From assembly GCA_035709005.1 (NCBI GenBank), contig DASTFB010000059.1, positions 13,472-77,471 on the forward strand: 64,000 bases of DNA, given 5' to 3'. The DNA is from Candidatus Methylomirabilota bacterium (GTDB lineage Bacteria; Methylomirabilota; Methylomirabilia; Rokubacteriales; CSP1-6). Each line of letters opens with the position of its first letter. Position 1 is the first letter of the stretch. Below, piece by piece: positions 51,620 through 61,211 of the stretch. The notes beneath the pieces are model-generated. The model made no database searches, had not been told where the DNA came from, and saw only the letters and a list, made by a program, of their open reading frames with translations. Position numbers and translations under genes: made by a program.

Positions 51620-52281
51620 GCCGCGAGCATTGGGATGCCCTTGCGCTGTCGGTGCAGGTGGCCGTGGTGGCCACGTTCCTGAACGCCGTGCTCGGGATCC
51701 CTTTGGCCTACGTGCTCGCTCGCCGCGTCTTCCGCGGCAAGACGGTGATCGACCTGCTCATCACCCTGCCGCTCGTCCTGCCTCCTACCGTCACCGGCTA
51801 TTACCTCATCGTGCTGCTCGGTCGGCGCGGCTGGCTGGGAGGTCCGCTCTACGACCTCACCGGCTGGACTGTGGCCTTCACCTGGTACGCGGCGGTGGTG
51901 GCGGCGACGGTGATGGCGCTGCCTTTGCTGGTGCGCACGGCGCGGGCGGCCATCGAGTCGGTCGACCGCGACCTGGAGAAAGCGGCCTACACGCTGGGGC
52001 GGCCCGAGTGGCGGACGGCCCTCGAGGTCACCCTGCCCCTGGCCGGGCGCGGCATCCTGGCCGGCCTGGTGCTCGCCTTCGCGCGCGCGCTCGGGGAGTT
52101 CGGGGCGACGCTGATGCTGGCGGGGAACATCCCGGGCCGTACGCAGACCGTGCCGCTGGCCATCTACACCGCCGTGCAGACCGGCGAAGCCGCCGAGGCG
52201 CTCGTCCTGGTGGCGGCGCTGACCGCGCTGTCCTGCGCGGTGCTGCTCGCGGCTGGCCGGCTGGGCGCTCGAGCGGCCTGA
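51616..52281 (+). CDS. modB: Molybdate ABC transporter permease
   Basis: LPLVLPPTVTGY, FARALGEFGAT, GNIPGRTQT. Confidence 0.92.
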   Translation: MSREHWDALALSVQVAVVATFLNAVLGIPLAYVLARRVFRGKTVIDLLITLPLVLPPTVTGYYLIVLLGRRGWLGGPLYDLTGWTVAFTWYAAVVAATVMALPLLVRTARAAIESVDRDLEKAAYTLGRPEWRTALEVTLPLAGRGILAGLVLAFARALGEFGATLMLAGNIPGRTQTVPLAIYTAVQTGEAAEALVLVAALTALSCAVLLAAGRLGARAA

Positions 52282-52283
52282 AC

Positions 52284-53405
52284 GTGAGCCGTCTCGAGGT
52301 GCGGATCGTCAAGCGGTTGCCCGGCTTCGCGCTGGACATCGACTGGAGCGGGGATGACGGCGTGGTCGCGCTGTTCGGGCCCTCCGGGGCGGGCAAGAGC
52401 CTGACGCTGCACTGCCTGGCCGGGCTGATCCGGCCCGATCACGGTCGCGTCGTCGTGGACGGGCGGGTGTTCTTCGACACCCCCGGGATCGAGCTGCCCC
52501 CCCAGGCCCGGCGCGTGGGGTACGTGTTCCAGAGCTACGCGCTCTTTCCGCACCTCACGGTGGCCGAGAACGTCGGCTTCGGCTTGCGCGACAGGCCGCG
52601 GCAGCACCGTCAGGAGCGCACCGCCGCCGTGCTGGAGCGTCTCGGCTTGACGGGGCTGGGCGACCGACGTCCGGGTGAGCTGAGCGGCGGCCAGCGGCAG
52701 CGCGTGGCGCTGGGCCGGGCGCTGGCCATCGACCCGGCGCTGCTGCTGCTCGACGAGCCGCTCTCCGCGCTCGATGCGCCGATGCGGGCGGGGCTGCGCG
52801 ACGAGCTGCGCGCACTGCTGCTGGACTGGGGGATCCCGGCCGTGATCGTCACCCACGATTTCACCGAGGCCTATCGGCTGGGCGATCGCATCGTGGTGTA
52901 CGATGCCGGTCGGGTCATCCAGTCGGCGCTGCGCTCCGAGCTGCTCTGGCAACCGGCTTCCGAGGCCGTCGCCCGCATCATGGGCATCCGCAACATCCTG
53001 CACGGGATCGTCATCAAGGCCACGCCCGACCGGATCCAGCTGCGGTGGCGCGGTCTGACGCTGGAGGCGGTGAACTCCCCCACCCGGGCCTATCTGCCGC
53101 CGCCGGAGGCCCCGATCGCGTTCTTCATCCGGCCCGAGTACGTGCGGCTCATCCGCAAGGACCGGGGCGCTCCGGATCCCCAGCACCACATGAACCTCAT
53201 GAGCGGGCGGATCGTCGACGAGACCGATTTCGGCACCACGTGGGCCCTGCGGATCCGTCTGGACGAGCCCGGCGCGCCCGCGCAGGGCCAGTACGACCTC
53301 GAGGTGGAGGTGCCCCGCCTGGTCTACGAAATTCTGGAGGTTGCCCGCGACCGCCGCTGGCAGCTGTCGATCCACCGGGGCTCGATCCAGGTGCTGCCCC
53401 GGTGA
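52284..53405 (+). CDS. modC: Molybdate ABC transporter ATPase
   Basis: GPSGAGKS, VFQSYALFPH, LSGGQRQR, LLDEP, VTHD. Confidence 0.88.
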   Translation: MSRLEVRIVKRLPGFALDIDWSGDDGVVALFGPSGAGKSLTLHCLAGLIRPDHGRVVVDGRVFFDTPGIELPPQARRVGYVFQSYALFPHLTVAENVGFGLRDRPRQHRQERTAAVLERLGLTGLGDRRPGELSGGQRQRVALGRALAIDPALLLLDEPLSALDAPMRAGLRDELRALLLDWGIPAVIVTHDFTEAYRLGDRIVVYDAGRVIQSALRSELLWQPASEAVARIMGIRNILHGIVIKATPDRIQLRWRGLTLEAVNSPTRAYLPPPEAPIAFFIRPEYVRLIRKDRGAPDPQHHMNLMSGRIVDETDFGTTWALRIRLDEPGAPAQGQYDLEVEVPRLVYEILEVARDRRWQLSIHRGSIQVLPR

Positions 53406-54565
53406 CCGCCCGCCCGGTGCTCGAGGCTCAGGACGTCGCCGTCCGGCGCTCCGACACCTTCACGCTGGACATCCCCGCCCTGGACGTCCGGGCCGGTGAA
53501 GTCCTGGCCGTGATCGGTCCCAACGGGAGCGGCAAGTCCACGCTCTTGCGCGTGCTGGCCCTGCTCCAGGTGCCCGACCGGGGCGAGGTGCGCTATCGCG
53601 GCAGCGTGGTGACGGCGGCCGAGGGGCTCGGCGTGCGCCGCCGGATGGCCACCGTGTTCCAGTCGCCGATGCTGGCCGATATGACGGTCGAGGCCAACGT
53701 CGCGCTGGGGCTCCGCTTTCGCGGGGTGCCGCCGGCCGAACGGGCACTGCGCGTGCGCCGCTGGCTCGAGCGCTTCGGCGTCGCCCCCCTCGCGGCGCGG
53801 TCGGCCCGCGCCCTCTCCGGTGGCGAAGCGCAGCGGGTGGCCCTGGCCCGCGCGCTGGTGCTCGAGCCCGAGGTCCTCTTCCTGGACGAGCCGTTCTCCG
53901 GGCTGGACGAGCCCACGCGTGCCGCGCTCGTGCCCGAGCTCGGCGCGGTGCTGAGAGCCGAGCGGGTGACGACCGTCCTGGTCTCGCACGACCGAACCGA
54001 GGCTCAGGGGCTGGCTGATCGCGTCGCCGTCCTGATGAAGGGCCGCCTGTGCCAGGTGGACGAGACGGCGCGCACGTTCCAGGCTCCCGCCTCCGAGGAG
54101 GTGGCCCGCTTCGTCGGCGTGGAGACAATCGTCAGTGGCGAGGTCGTCGCCACCGGCTGGGGCGTCGCGACGATCGATGTGGCCGGTTGCCGGCTGGAGG
54201 TGGCGGCGGCGGCCAGGCCGGGAGAGCGGGTGCGCCTGGGTATCCGGCCTGAGGACGTCACGCTGGCCCAGTCACCGGAGGGGCCGATGCTGACCAGCGC
54301 CCGTAATCACTTGCGGGGCACGGTGATCCGCATCACCCCGGGCAGCCCGGTGCGCGTGCTGGTGGACGTGGGGTTTCCGCTCGTAGCCGCCATCACTCCC
54401 CGCTCGGTGCAGGAGCTCAGGCTTACCGCCGGGGTGCCGGTCACGGCCGTCTTCAAGGCGAGCGCCGTGCACGTCATAGACCAGGCGATCCTTGACAGCG
54501 CCAGCCCCTTGGGGCTAAATGTGAAGCACCCGCAACCAGATGTATCGGACGGGGGTAGCGATTGA
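53402..54565 (+). CDS. tupC: Second ABC ATPase with TOBE domains (TupC-like)
   Basis: GPNGSGKS, LSGGEAQR, FLDEP, SARN..G, FKASAV. Confidence 0.75.
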   Translation: MTARPVLEAQDVAVRRSDTFTLDIPALDVRAGEVLAVIGPNGSGKSTLLRVLALLQVPDRGEVRYRGSVVTAAEGLGVRRRMATVFQSPMLADMTVEANVALGLRFRGVPPAERALRVRRWLERFGVAPLAARSARALSGGEAQRVALARALVLEPEVLFLDEPFSGLDEPTRAALVPELGAVLRAERVTTVLVSHDRTEAQGLADRVAVLMKGRLCQVDETARTFQAPASEEVARFVGVETIVSGEVVATGWGVATIDVAGCRLEVAAAARPGERVRLGIRPEDVTLAQSPEGPMLTSARNHLRGTVIRITPGSPVRVLVDVGFPLVAAITPRSVQELRLTAGVPVTAVFKASAVHVIDQAILDSASPLGLNVKHPQPDVSDGGSD

Positions 54566-54573
54566 CTGAGATA

Positions 54574-54616
54574 AACGCCAGGCCAGCGGCCGCCCGGTCG
54601 CTGGCGTTGTTCTCTG
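54574..54616 (+). terminator. Possible intrinsic terminator
   Basis: AACGCCAG..CAGCGGCC-GCCC-GGTCGCTG-GCGTT followed by GTTCTCT. Confidence 0.45.
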
Positions 54617-54650
54617 TATCCCCTCCCTGCCGCCCTCAAGGAGGCCATGC

Positions 54651-54872
54651 ATGACCGAGGAGAGCCTCATCGAGCGACTCATGGCCGAGAACGAGGAGTT
54701 CCGCCGCCTCCGGCTCGAGCATCAGGATCACGACCGTAACCTGGAGGCGTTGAAAGGCGCGTCCCCGCTCTCGGCTGAGCAACAGTGGCGCATGACGGAG
54801 CTCAAGAAGCTGAAGCTGATGGCGAAGGATCGAATGGAAGAAATCATCCGGCACGCGCGCGTCACGGCCTGA
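54651..54872 (+). CDS. DUF465 (YdcH-like) coiled-coil protein
   Basis: NEEFRRL..H..LKKLKL..KD; AGGAGG RBS. Confidence 0.8.
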   Translation: MTEESLIERLMAENEEFRRLRLEHQDHDRNLEALKGASPLSAEQQWRMTELKKLKLMAKDRMEEIIRHARVTA

Positions 54873-54896
54873 CGCCGAGCCGGTCGAGGCTTTCTC

Positions 54897-55469
54897 ATGC
54901 CGCGGACCGCGGCCAGAGCGCTCCGCGGATTCACCCACCTGGGGCCCAGGGGCGAGGCCCGCATGGTCGACGTCTCTGCCAAGCCGGAGACGGCGCGCCA
55001 GGCGGTGGCCCGGGCGGTCCTGAGGATGGCGCCCCGTACGGTGCGTCTCATCCGGGCCGGCAACGCGCCCAAGGGCGATGTGCTGGGGGTGGCGCGAACG
55101 GCCGGCATCATGGCGGCCAAGCGCACCCATGAGCTGATCCCGCTCTGTCACCCCCTGCGCATCACCGGGATCGACATCGAGTTCACCGATGACGTGCGCC
55201 GCGGCGAGCTCTCGGTGCAGGCTCGCGTGCGGACCGTCGACAAGACGGGCGTGGAGATGGAGGCCCTGACGGCGGTCAGCGTGGCCGCCCTCGCGGTGTA
55301 CGACATGGTCAAGGCGGTGGAGAAAGGGGTCACCATCGCCCGCGTGGAGCTGCTCGAGAAGACCGGGGGAAAGTCCGGCCACTGGCGGCGACGCGAACGC
55401 AGCCGGGTCCCTCCTGGAACAGGCCACCCACGGCTCAAGCCGGGCTCCCGGTCCCCGCTCCAACAATGA
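54897..55469 (+). CDS. moaC: Cyclic pyranopterin monophosphate synthase
   Basis: [45 protein letters not shown]. Confidence 0.96.
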   Translation: MPRTAARALRGFTHLGPRGEARMVDVSAKPETARQAVARAVLRMAPRTVRLIRAGNAPKGDVLGVARTAGIMAAKRTHELIPLCHPLRITGIDIEFTDDVRRGELSVQARVRTVDKTGVEMEALTAVSVAALAVYDMVKAVEKGVTIARVELLEKTGGKSGHWRRRERSRVPPGTGHPRLKPGSRSPLQQ

Positions 55470-56593
55470 AGACCGCGCTCGTGCATTCCGACCAGTACGC
55501 CCAGTTCGACTACGGACCGGAGCATCCCCTGCGTATGGAGCGCCTCGACCTCACCTGGCGCCTGATGCAGGCCTACGGCCTCACCGCGCTCCCCGGCGTC
55601 ACCGTGACGGCCCCGGACCCGGCCGAGGAGTCGGAGCTGCTGCGTTTCCACACCGAGGAGTACCTGACCGTGCTCAAGGCCGCCAACACCGGTCGGGCCC
55701 CCATGGCGGTGGTCTGTCGTTATGGCCTGGGCCCGGGCGACAACCCGGTGTTCCCCGGCTTGTGGGACGTGGCGCGACTGGCCGCCGGCGGCTCCGTGCT
55801 GGCGGCGCGGCTGGTCGGCAGCGGCCAGGTGGAGCGCGCGTTCCACTTCGCCGGAGGGCTGCACCACGCCATGCCCGATCGGGCCTCGGGCTTCTGCTAC
55901 GTCAACGACGCCGTGCTGGCGATTCTCCACCTGCGCGCCCGCGGCTTGCGGGTCGCCTACATCGACATCGACGCCCATCACGGTGACGGGGTTCAGCAGG
56001 CCTTCTACGCCGACCGCAACGTGCTGACCATCTCCATCCACGAGCGGGGCGACCGGCTCTTTCCGGGCACGGGATTCGTGGAGGAGGCTGGCGAGGGCGA
56101 GGCGCGAGGCTATTCGGTGAACCTGCCGCTCGACGTCCTCACCGACTCCTCCGCCTATCTGCCCGCCTTCGAGGCCGTAGTGCCGCCGCTCGTGCGGGCC
56201 TTCAGCCCGGACGTGGTGGTGGCCCAGCTCGGGATCGACTCCCACCGGACGGACCCGCTCACCCACCTCGCCCTGGACGTGCAGGGCTTCGCCCGGGTGG
56301 TGGCACGGATCACCGAGCTGGCGCCCAGGCTGGTGGCCCTGGGAGGCGGCGGATACGACGTGGGGAACGTCGCGCGGGCCTGGACGGCGGCCTGGGCGGT
56401 GATCAACGGCGTCGAGCTGCCGGCCGAGCTGCCCCAGCCCTTTCTCGAGCGGGTGGGATCGCGTGTGCGCACCCGATCGCTCTGGGACCCGCCGGCGCAC
56501 CTGGACGAGGACCGCCGGCGAGTCGTCCAGGACTACCTCGCCCGCCAGGTCGACAGCGTGCAGCGGCTCATCTTCCCGCTTCATGGGCTCTGA
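55466..56593 (+). CDS. acuC: AcuC/HDAC-family deacetylase
   Basis: [44 protein letters not shown]. Confidence 0.9.
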   Translation: MKTALVHSDQYAQFDYGPEHPLRMERLDLTWRLMQAYGLTALPGVTVTAPDPAEESELLRFHTEEYLTVLKAANTGRAPMAVVCRYGLGPGDNPVFPGLWDVARLAAGGSVLAARLVGSGQVERAFHFAGGLHHAMPDRASGFCYVNDAVLAILHLRARGLRVAYIDIDAHHGDGVQQAFYADRNVLTISIHERGDRLFPGTGFVEEAGEGEARGYSVNLPLDVLTDSSAYLPAFEAVVPPLVRAFSPDVVVAQLGIDSHRTDPLTHLALDVQGFARVVARITELAPRLVALGGGGYDVGNVARAWTAAWAVINGVELPAELPQPFLERVGSRVRTRSLWDPPAHLDEDRRRVVQDYLARQVDSVQRLIFPLHGL

Positions 56594-56654
56594 GTTTGTC
56601 GTGCTACAGTGACCAGACGACGGTGTCGTCTGACGCCGGGTGGAGGTCCCGAGC

Positions 56655-57275
56655 GTGCGCGGCGTGCTGATCACGTTCGAGGGCGTCGAGGGGTCGGGCA
56701 AGACGACCCAGTTGACGCGCCTCGGGCGATGGCTGGAACGAAATGGCTTCCGTGTCGAGCGAACAGCGGAGCCGGATGGCACCGCCCTCGGTGTCGCCAT
56801 CCGGCGGCTGTTCGAGCGTCCCGGCTCGCGGCCGACCCCGCTCGCCGAGCTCTTCCTCTTCCTGGCCGCGCGCCAGCAGCACGTGAGCGAGCGCATCCGC
56901 CCCTGGCTCGCCCAGGGCCGGGTCGTCCTCTGCGACCGCTACGTCGACGCCACCACCGCCTACCAGGGCTACGGGCGCGGGCTGGACGTCGAGCTGATCC
57001 GCGAGCTGAACGTCCGCGCCACCGGCGGCATCCTGCCCGACCTGACGCTGGTCTTCGATCTCGAGCCGGCCGTGGGGCTCCGGCGCATCGGCAAGCGCCG
57101 CCTGGATCGCTTCGAGCGCGAGGCCCTGGCGTTTCACCGGCGGGTACGCCGCGGCTACATCGAGCTTCACCGGGCCGAGCCCAAGCGGGTGCGGCTGATC
57201 CGGGCGGCCCGGCCCGCCGGCGTCATCGCGGACGAGGCCCAGGCGCTCGTGGGAGATTTCCTGCGTGGCCTTTGA
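56655..57275 (+). CDS. tmk: Thymidylate kinase
   Basis: ITFEGVEGSGKTTQ, EPDG, CDRY, AYQGYGR, PDLT. Confidence 0.95.
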   Translation: MRGVLITFEGVEGSGKTTQLTRLGRWLERNGFRVERTAEPDGTALGVAIRRLFERPGSRPTPLAELFLFLAARQQHVSERIRPWLAQGRVVLCDRYVDATTAYQGYGRGLDVELIRELNVRATGGILPDLTLVFDLEPAVGLRRIGKRRLDRFEREALAFHRRVRRGYIELHRAEPKRVRLIRAARPAGVIADEAQALVGDFLRGL

Positions 57276-58146
57276 GGCGCTGGCGGATCAGCCTCCCGCG
57301 ATCGAGCTTCTGCGGCGCACGCTGGCCGGAGGCCGGGTGGCCCACGCCTACGCGTTCGTGGGCCCCCCGGAGAGCAGAGCCATCACCGCGGCCCTGTCCT
57401 TCGCTCAAGCCTTGCTCTGTCCGGTCGGGGGTTGTGGCGCCTGCCGGGCCTGCAGTCTGGCGGCGGCCAGCCGGCACCCGGATCTGCACGTGATCATGCC
57501 GACGCCGCCCGAGACCAACCCCAGGGGCCCGCGCGCCATTCGTATCGGCGCGATCCGCGCGCTGGAGCGGCAGGCGGCCCTGGCCCCCGTCACGGCGGTC
57601 CGCAAGGTGTTCGTTCTGGACGAGGCGGAGCGGATGACGGGGGAGGCGCCACAGGCGTTCCTCAAGACACTGGAGGAGCCGCCGGCGCGCACCGTCATCG
57701 TGCTGGTGCTGCCGCGGACGCGCGCGGTCCCCGCCACCGTGCTGTCGCGCTGTCAGCTCGTCCGATTTCCAACCCCGGCGCCGCCCTCGCAGGAGCAGGC
57801 CGAGGTCGTGGAGGCGCTGGCCGAGGTGCGGGCCAAGGGCATGGAGGCGCTCTTCCGCCGGGCCCAGGGGTTCGACCGTGACCGTGAGCGCGCCGAGCGC
57901 TTCGTCGACGCCTGCTGGCTCCACTGCCGCGACCTGCTGCTGGCCCGCTGTGGCGCCCCCGGACGGCTGCTCACCGACCCGGCCGCGGCCGAGGTGCTCA
58001 CCCGAGAGGCCGCGGGGTGGAGCGTGGAGGCGTTGCTCCGGGCCATCGCCATCTGCCGCGAGGCCCGGCAGGCGCTGGCCGTGAACGTGACACCCCGGCT
58101 GACGCTGGAGGTCGTACTGACCCGGCTGGCGCTGCGGGCGGCCTGA
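57265..58146 (+). CDS. holB: DNA polymerase III delta' subunit
   Basis: HAYAF.GP, CGACRAC, HPD, AFLKTLEEPP, SRC. Confidence 0.9.
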   Translation: MAFEALADQPPAIELLRRTLAGGRVAHAYAFVGPPESRAITAALSFAQALLCPVGGCGACRACSLAAASRHPDLHVIMPTPPETNPRGPRAIRIGAIRALERQAALAPVTAVRKVFVLDEAERMTGEAPQAFLKTLEEPPARTVIVLVLPRTRAVPATVLSRCQLVRFPTPAPPSQEQAEVVEALAEVRAKGMEALFRRAQGFDRDRERAERFVDACWLHCRDLLLARCGAPGRLLTDPAAAEVLTREAAGWSVEALLRAIAICREARQALAVNVTPRLTLEVVLTRLALRAA

Positions 58147-58156
58147 GGACCATGGC

Positions 58157-59086
58157 ATGAGCGAGGTCGAGACCGCCTATCTGGTCGGCATCCGGCTGCG
58201 CGAGGTCGCCCCGGCCGAGGACTACAAGCTGGTCGGCGACGAGCTGACCGTGGCCGTCGGCGACTTCGCGGTGGTCGAGGCGGCCGGGGGCGAGCTCGTC
58301 GGCGAGGTCCGCCGGCCGCGGCGGCCGCTCCCCGAGTTCAAGCGAGACAGGGCGTTTCCGCAGGTGGTGCGCCTGGCCACCGAGACGGAGGTCCGGGAAT
58401 GGCACGCGCGTCGCGAGCGCGAGAAGGCGCACGTCGCGACCTCGCAGCGTCTGGCCCGCCAGCGCGGGCTGCCGGTCAAAGTGGTGGACGTCGAGATCCA
58501 CCCGACGGCCCGCCGGATCACGGTGTACTTCAACGCCGGGGACCGTGTGGACTTCCGCGAGCTCGTGCGCGACCTGGCCCGCGAGTTCCGGGCCCGCATC
58601 GAGATGCGCCAGATCGGTGCCCGCGACACGACCAAGGTCATGGACGGCATCGGCCCTTGCGGACGCCAGCTCTGCTGCTCGTCGTATCTTCGCAAGTTCG
58701 AGCCGATCTCGGTGAAGATGGCCAAAGCCCAGGACATGCCGCTCACCGACAGCCGGCTGCTGGGCAATTGCGGGCGGCTCAAGTGCTGCCTGCTCTACGA
58801 GTTCTCGCTCTATCAGGAGCTCCGCTCGCGGCTGCCCAAGGTCAACACGCCCTGCCAGGCCTCCTGCGGGGGCGGCGGCTGCATGAGCGGAAAGGTCAGA
58901 TCGATCCGGGTGCTCAAGCAGTCCGTGGTAGTGGGCTTTCCCGACGGCACCGAGGCCGAGGTGCCCTTGGACCAGATCACCTGGGAGGGGCGAGCGCACA
59001 TTGTTGTAGCGGGGTCCGCGAGCCCGGATCAGAGTGTTGTAGCGGAGCCCGAGAGTCCGGATAAGGCCGAGGGTGGCCTGAGCTAG
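58157..59086 (+). CDS. yaaT: PSP1-domain YaaT/RicT protein
   Basis: RVDFRELVRDL, RIEMRQIG.RD, CGRQLCC, CGRLKCC. Confidence 0.9.
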   Translation: MSEVETAYLVGIRLREVAPAEDYKLVGDELTVAVGDFAVVEAAGGELVGEVRRPRRPLPEFKRDRAFPQVVRLATETEVREWHARREREKAHVATSQRLARQRGLPVKVVDVEIHPTARRITVYFNAGDRVDFRELVRDLAREFRARIEMRQIGARDTTKVMDGIGPCGRQLCCSSYLRKFEPISVKMAKAQDMPLTDSRLLGNCGRLKCCLLYEFSLYQELRSRLPKVNTPCQASCGGGGCMSGKVRSIRVLKQSVVVGFPDGTEAEVPLDQITWEGRAHIVVAGSASPDQSVVAEPESPDKAEGGLS

Positions 59087-61078
59087 GTGCGTGTGGCTCC
59101 GAGCGTCTTCTATCTCACCACGCCGATCTACTACGTCAACGCGCCACCCCACCTGGGGCACGCGTACACGACCATCATCGGCGACGCGATGGCCCGCTGG
59201 CACCGCCTGGTCGGCGACCGCGTCTTCTTCCTCACCGGCACCGACGAGCACGGCGACAAGATCGCCCAGGCCGCGGCCGCGGCCGGCATCTCCCCCCAGG
59301 CGCTGGCCGACCGGAACTCGGCGGCGTTCCGACAGGCCTGGAAGCGGCTGGGGATCGTGTACGACGACTACATCCGCACGACCGAGCCCCGCCACACCGC
59401 GGTGGTCCAGCACATCCTGCAGCGGCTGCATGACGCCGGCGAGTTCTACCTGGGCAAGTACGGCGGCCAGTATTGCTTCGGCTGCGAGCGCTTCTACACC
59501 GACAAGGAGGTTGCCGACGGGCTCTGCCCCGACCACCGCACCCCGCTGACCTATATCGAGGAGGAGAACTACTTCTTCCGGATGTCGGCCTACCAGGACT
59601 GGCTGGTGGGGTATCTCAAGGCGCATCCCGACCTGATCCGGCCCGAGCGCTATCGCAACGAGATCCTGGGCTTCCTCGGCGAGCGGCTCCACGATCTGTC
59701 GATCAGCCGTCCCAAGAGCCGGCTACAGTGGGGCATCCCGCTGCCCTTCGACGACCGCTTCGTCACCTACGTGTGGTTCGACGCCCTCATCAACTACGTC
59801 TCGGCGCTGGACTACCCGGACGGCGAGCGCTTCCGCACCTTCTGGCCGCATGCCCAGCACCTCATCGGCAAGGACATCCTCAAGCCGCACGCTGTCTACT
59901 GGCCCTGCATGCTGAAGGCCCTGGCCCGCGCCCAGGGGTTGCCCGAGGACCGCTCCGACGCGCTGCTGTTCCGCCACCTCAACGTGCACGGGTACTGGAA
60001 CATCGGCGGCGGCAAGATGTCCAAGTCCGTCGGTAACGTGGTGGAGGCGCTCGCCTTGAGCGAGAAGTACGGCAACGACGCGTTCCGGTACTTCGTCCTG
60101 CGCGAGATGGTCTTCGGCCTGGACGCCGACTTCTCCGAGGAGGCGTTCGTGGGCCGGCTCAACGCCGATCTCGCCAACGACCTGGGGAACCTGGTGGCGC
60201 GGGCCACCACCCTGATCGCCAGCCACGGCGGCATCACCCGGGTGCCGGCCGCCACCGAGCTCGATCGCCAGGAACTGGCGATCCGGCAGAGTGTCGAGGA
60301 GCTGGTGCAGCGCGACGGCCCGCACAGCCTCCACGAGGCGATGGACGCGTTCGCTTTCCACCGGGCGCTGGGGCGGGTGTGGAACGTCATCGCCCTGCTG
60401 AACGGCTACGTGGATGTGAGCAAGCCGTGGGGGCTGGCCCGGGACCCGGCGGCCCGGCCGCATTTGGAGCGCGTGCTCTACGTGCTCGGCGAGTCGCTCC
60501 GCATCCTGGGTATCGTGCTGGCGCCGTTCCTCCCCGATGCCGCCGTCAGGATCCGCCAGGCCCTGGGGCAGACGGCAGAGCCGCAGCTGGCCCACGCCGC
60601 GTGGGGCGGGCTTCAGCCGGGCGCTCCGGTCCGCAAGCTCTCGGGTCTGTTCCCGCGCGTCGATCAGCGCGCCACGGCGACGGCCGGAGTGGCGGCGGAC
60701 CGGCCGGTGGAGACGCTCGACCGGGCCAGCGCCAAACACGGCGAGTCGGCGGGGCCGATCACCAAGGATCAGTTCGCGCGGCTCGACCTCCGGGTGGCCC
60801 AGGTGCTGGCCGCCGAGCCCGTGGCCAAATCGAGGAAGCTGCTCAAGCTCACCGTCTCGCTGGGCGGCGACGAGTCCCGCACCGTCGTGGCGGGCATCGC
60901 CGAGCACTACCGGCCGGACGAGCTCGTCGGCAAGAAGGTGGTGATCGTCGTCAATCTCGAGCCGGCCCGGCTGATGGGGATCGAGTCGCAGGGCATGCTC
61001 CTGGCGGGGTCCGCCCAGGGACAACTCTCGATCCTCGTCCTCGACCGCGATCTGCCGCCCGGCGCCAGGGTGACCTAG
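59087..61078 (+). CDS. metG: Methionine--tRNA ligase
   Basis: TTPIYYVN..HLGH, GTDEHG, CFGCE..CPDH, YVWFDAL, KMSKS, C-terminal tRNA-binding domain. Confidence 0.97.
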   Translation: MRVAPSVFYLTTPIYYVNAPPHLGHAYTTIIGDAMARWHRLVGDRVFFLTGTDEHGDKIAQAAAAAGISPQALADRNSAAFRQAWKRLGIVYDDYIRTTEPRHTAVVQHILQRLHDAGEFYLGKYGGQYCFGCERFYTDKEVADGLCPDHRTPLTYIEEENYFFRMSAYQDWLVGYLKAHPDLIRPERYRNEILGFLGERLHDLSISRPKSRLQWGIPLPFDDRFVTYVWFDALINYVSALDYPDGERFRTFWPHAQHLIGKDILKPHAVYWPCMLKALARAQGLPEDRSDALLFRHLNVHGYWNIGGGKMSKSVGNVVEALALSEKYGNDAFRYFVLREMVFGLDADFSEEAFVGRLNADLANDLGNLVARATTLIASHGGITRVPAATELDRQELAIRQSVEELVQRDGPHSLHEAMDAFAFHRALGRVWNVIALLNGYVDVSKPWGLARDPAARPHLERVLYVLGESLRILGIVLAPFLPDAAVRIRQALGQTAEPQLAHAAWGGLQPGAPVRKLSGLFPRVDQRATATAGVAADRPVETLDRASAKHGESAGPITKDQFARLDLRVAQVLAAEPVAKSRKLLKLTVSLGGDESRTVVAGIAEHYRPDELVGKKVVIVVNLEPARLMGIESQGMLLAGSAQGQLSILVLDRDLPPGARVT

Positions 61079-61140
61079 GTGCTTGTCCGGGTAGCGGTCC
61101 CAGAGGCACGGCCCGGCTGCGCCGGGGCGTGCCGAATGTT

Positions 61141-61177
61141 GGGGGGTGTGGGGGGCCATGTCGGGGCCCCCCACGTC
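61141..61177. repeat. G-rich intergenic hairpin (REP-like)
   Basis: GTGGGGGGCC-ATGTCGG-GGCCCCCCAC at 61148-61174. Confidence 0.55.
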
Positions 61178-61211
61178 GCCTAGTGCGGTCACCGACGGGC
61201 GAGGCCCCGTG

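Noticed and set aside
55466-56593. AcuC deacetylase as part of the SLC5 sensing cassette
   Set aside because: It is ~28 kb away and coupled to moaC; the link is thematic only.
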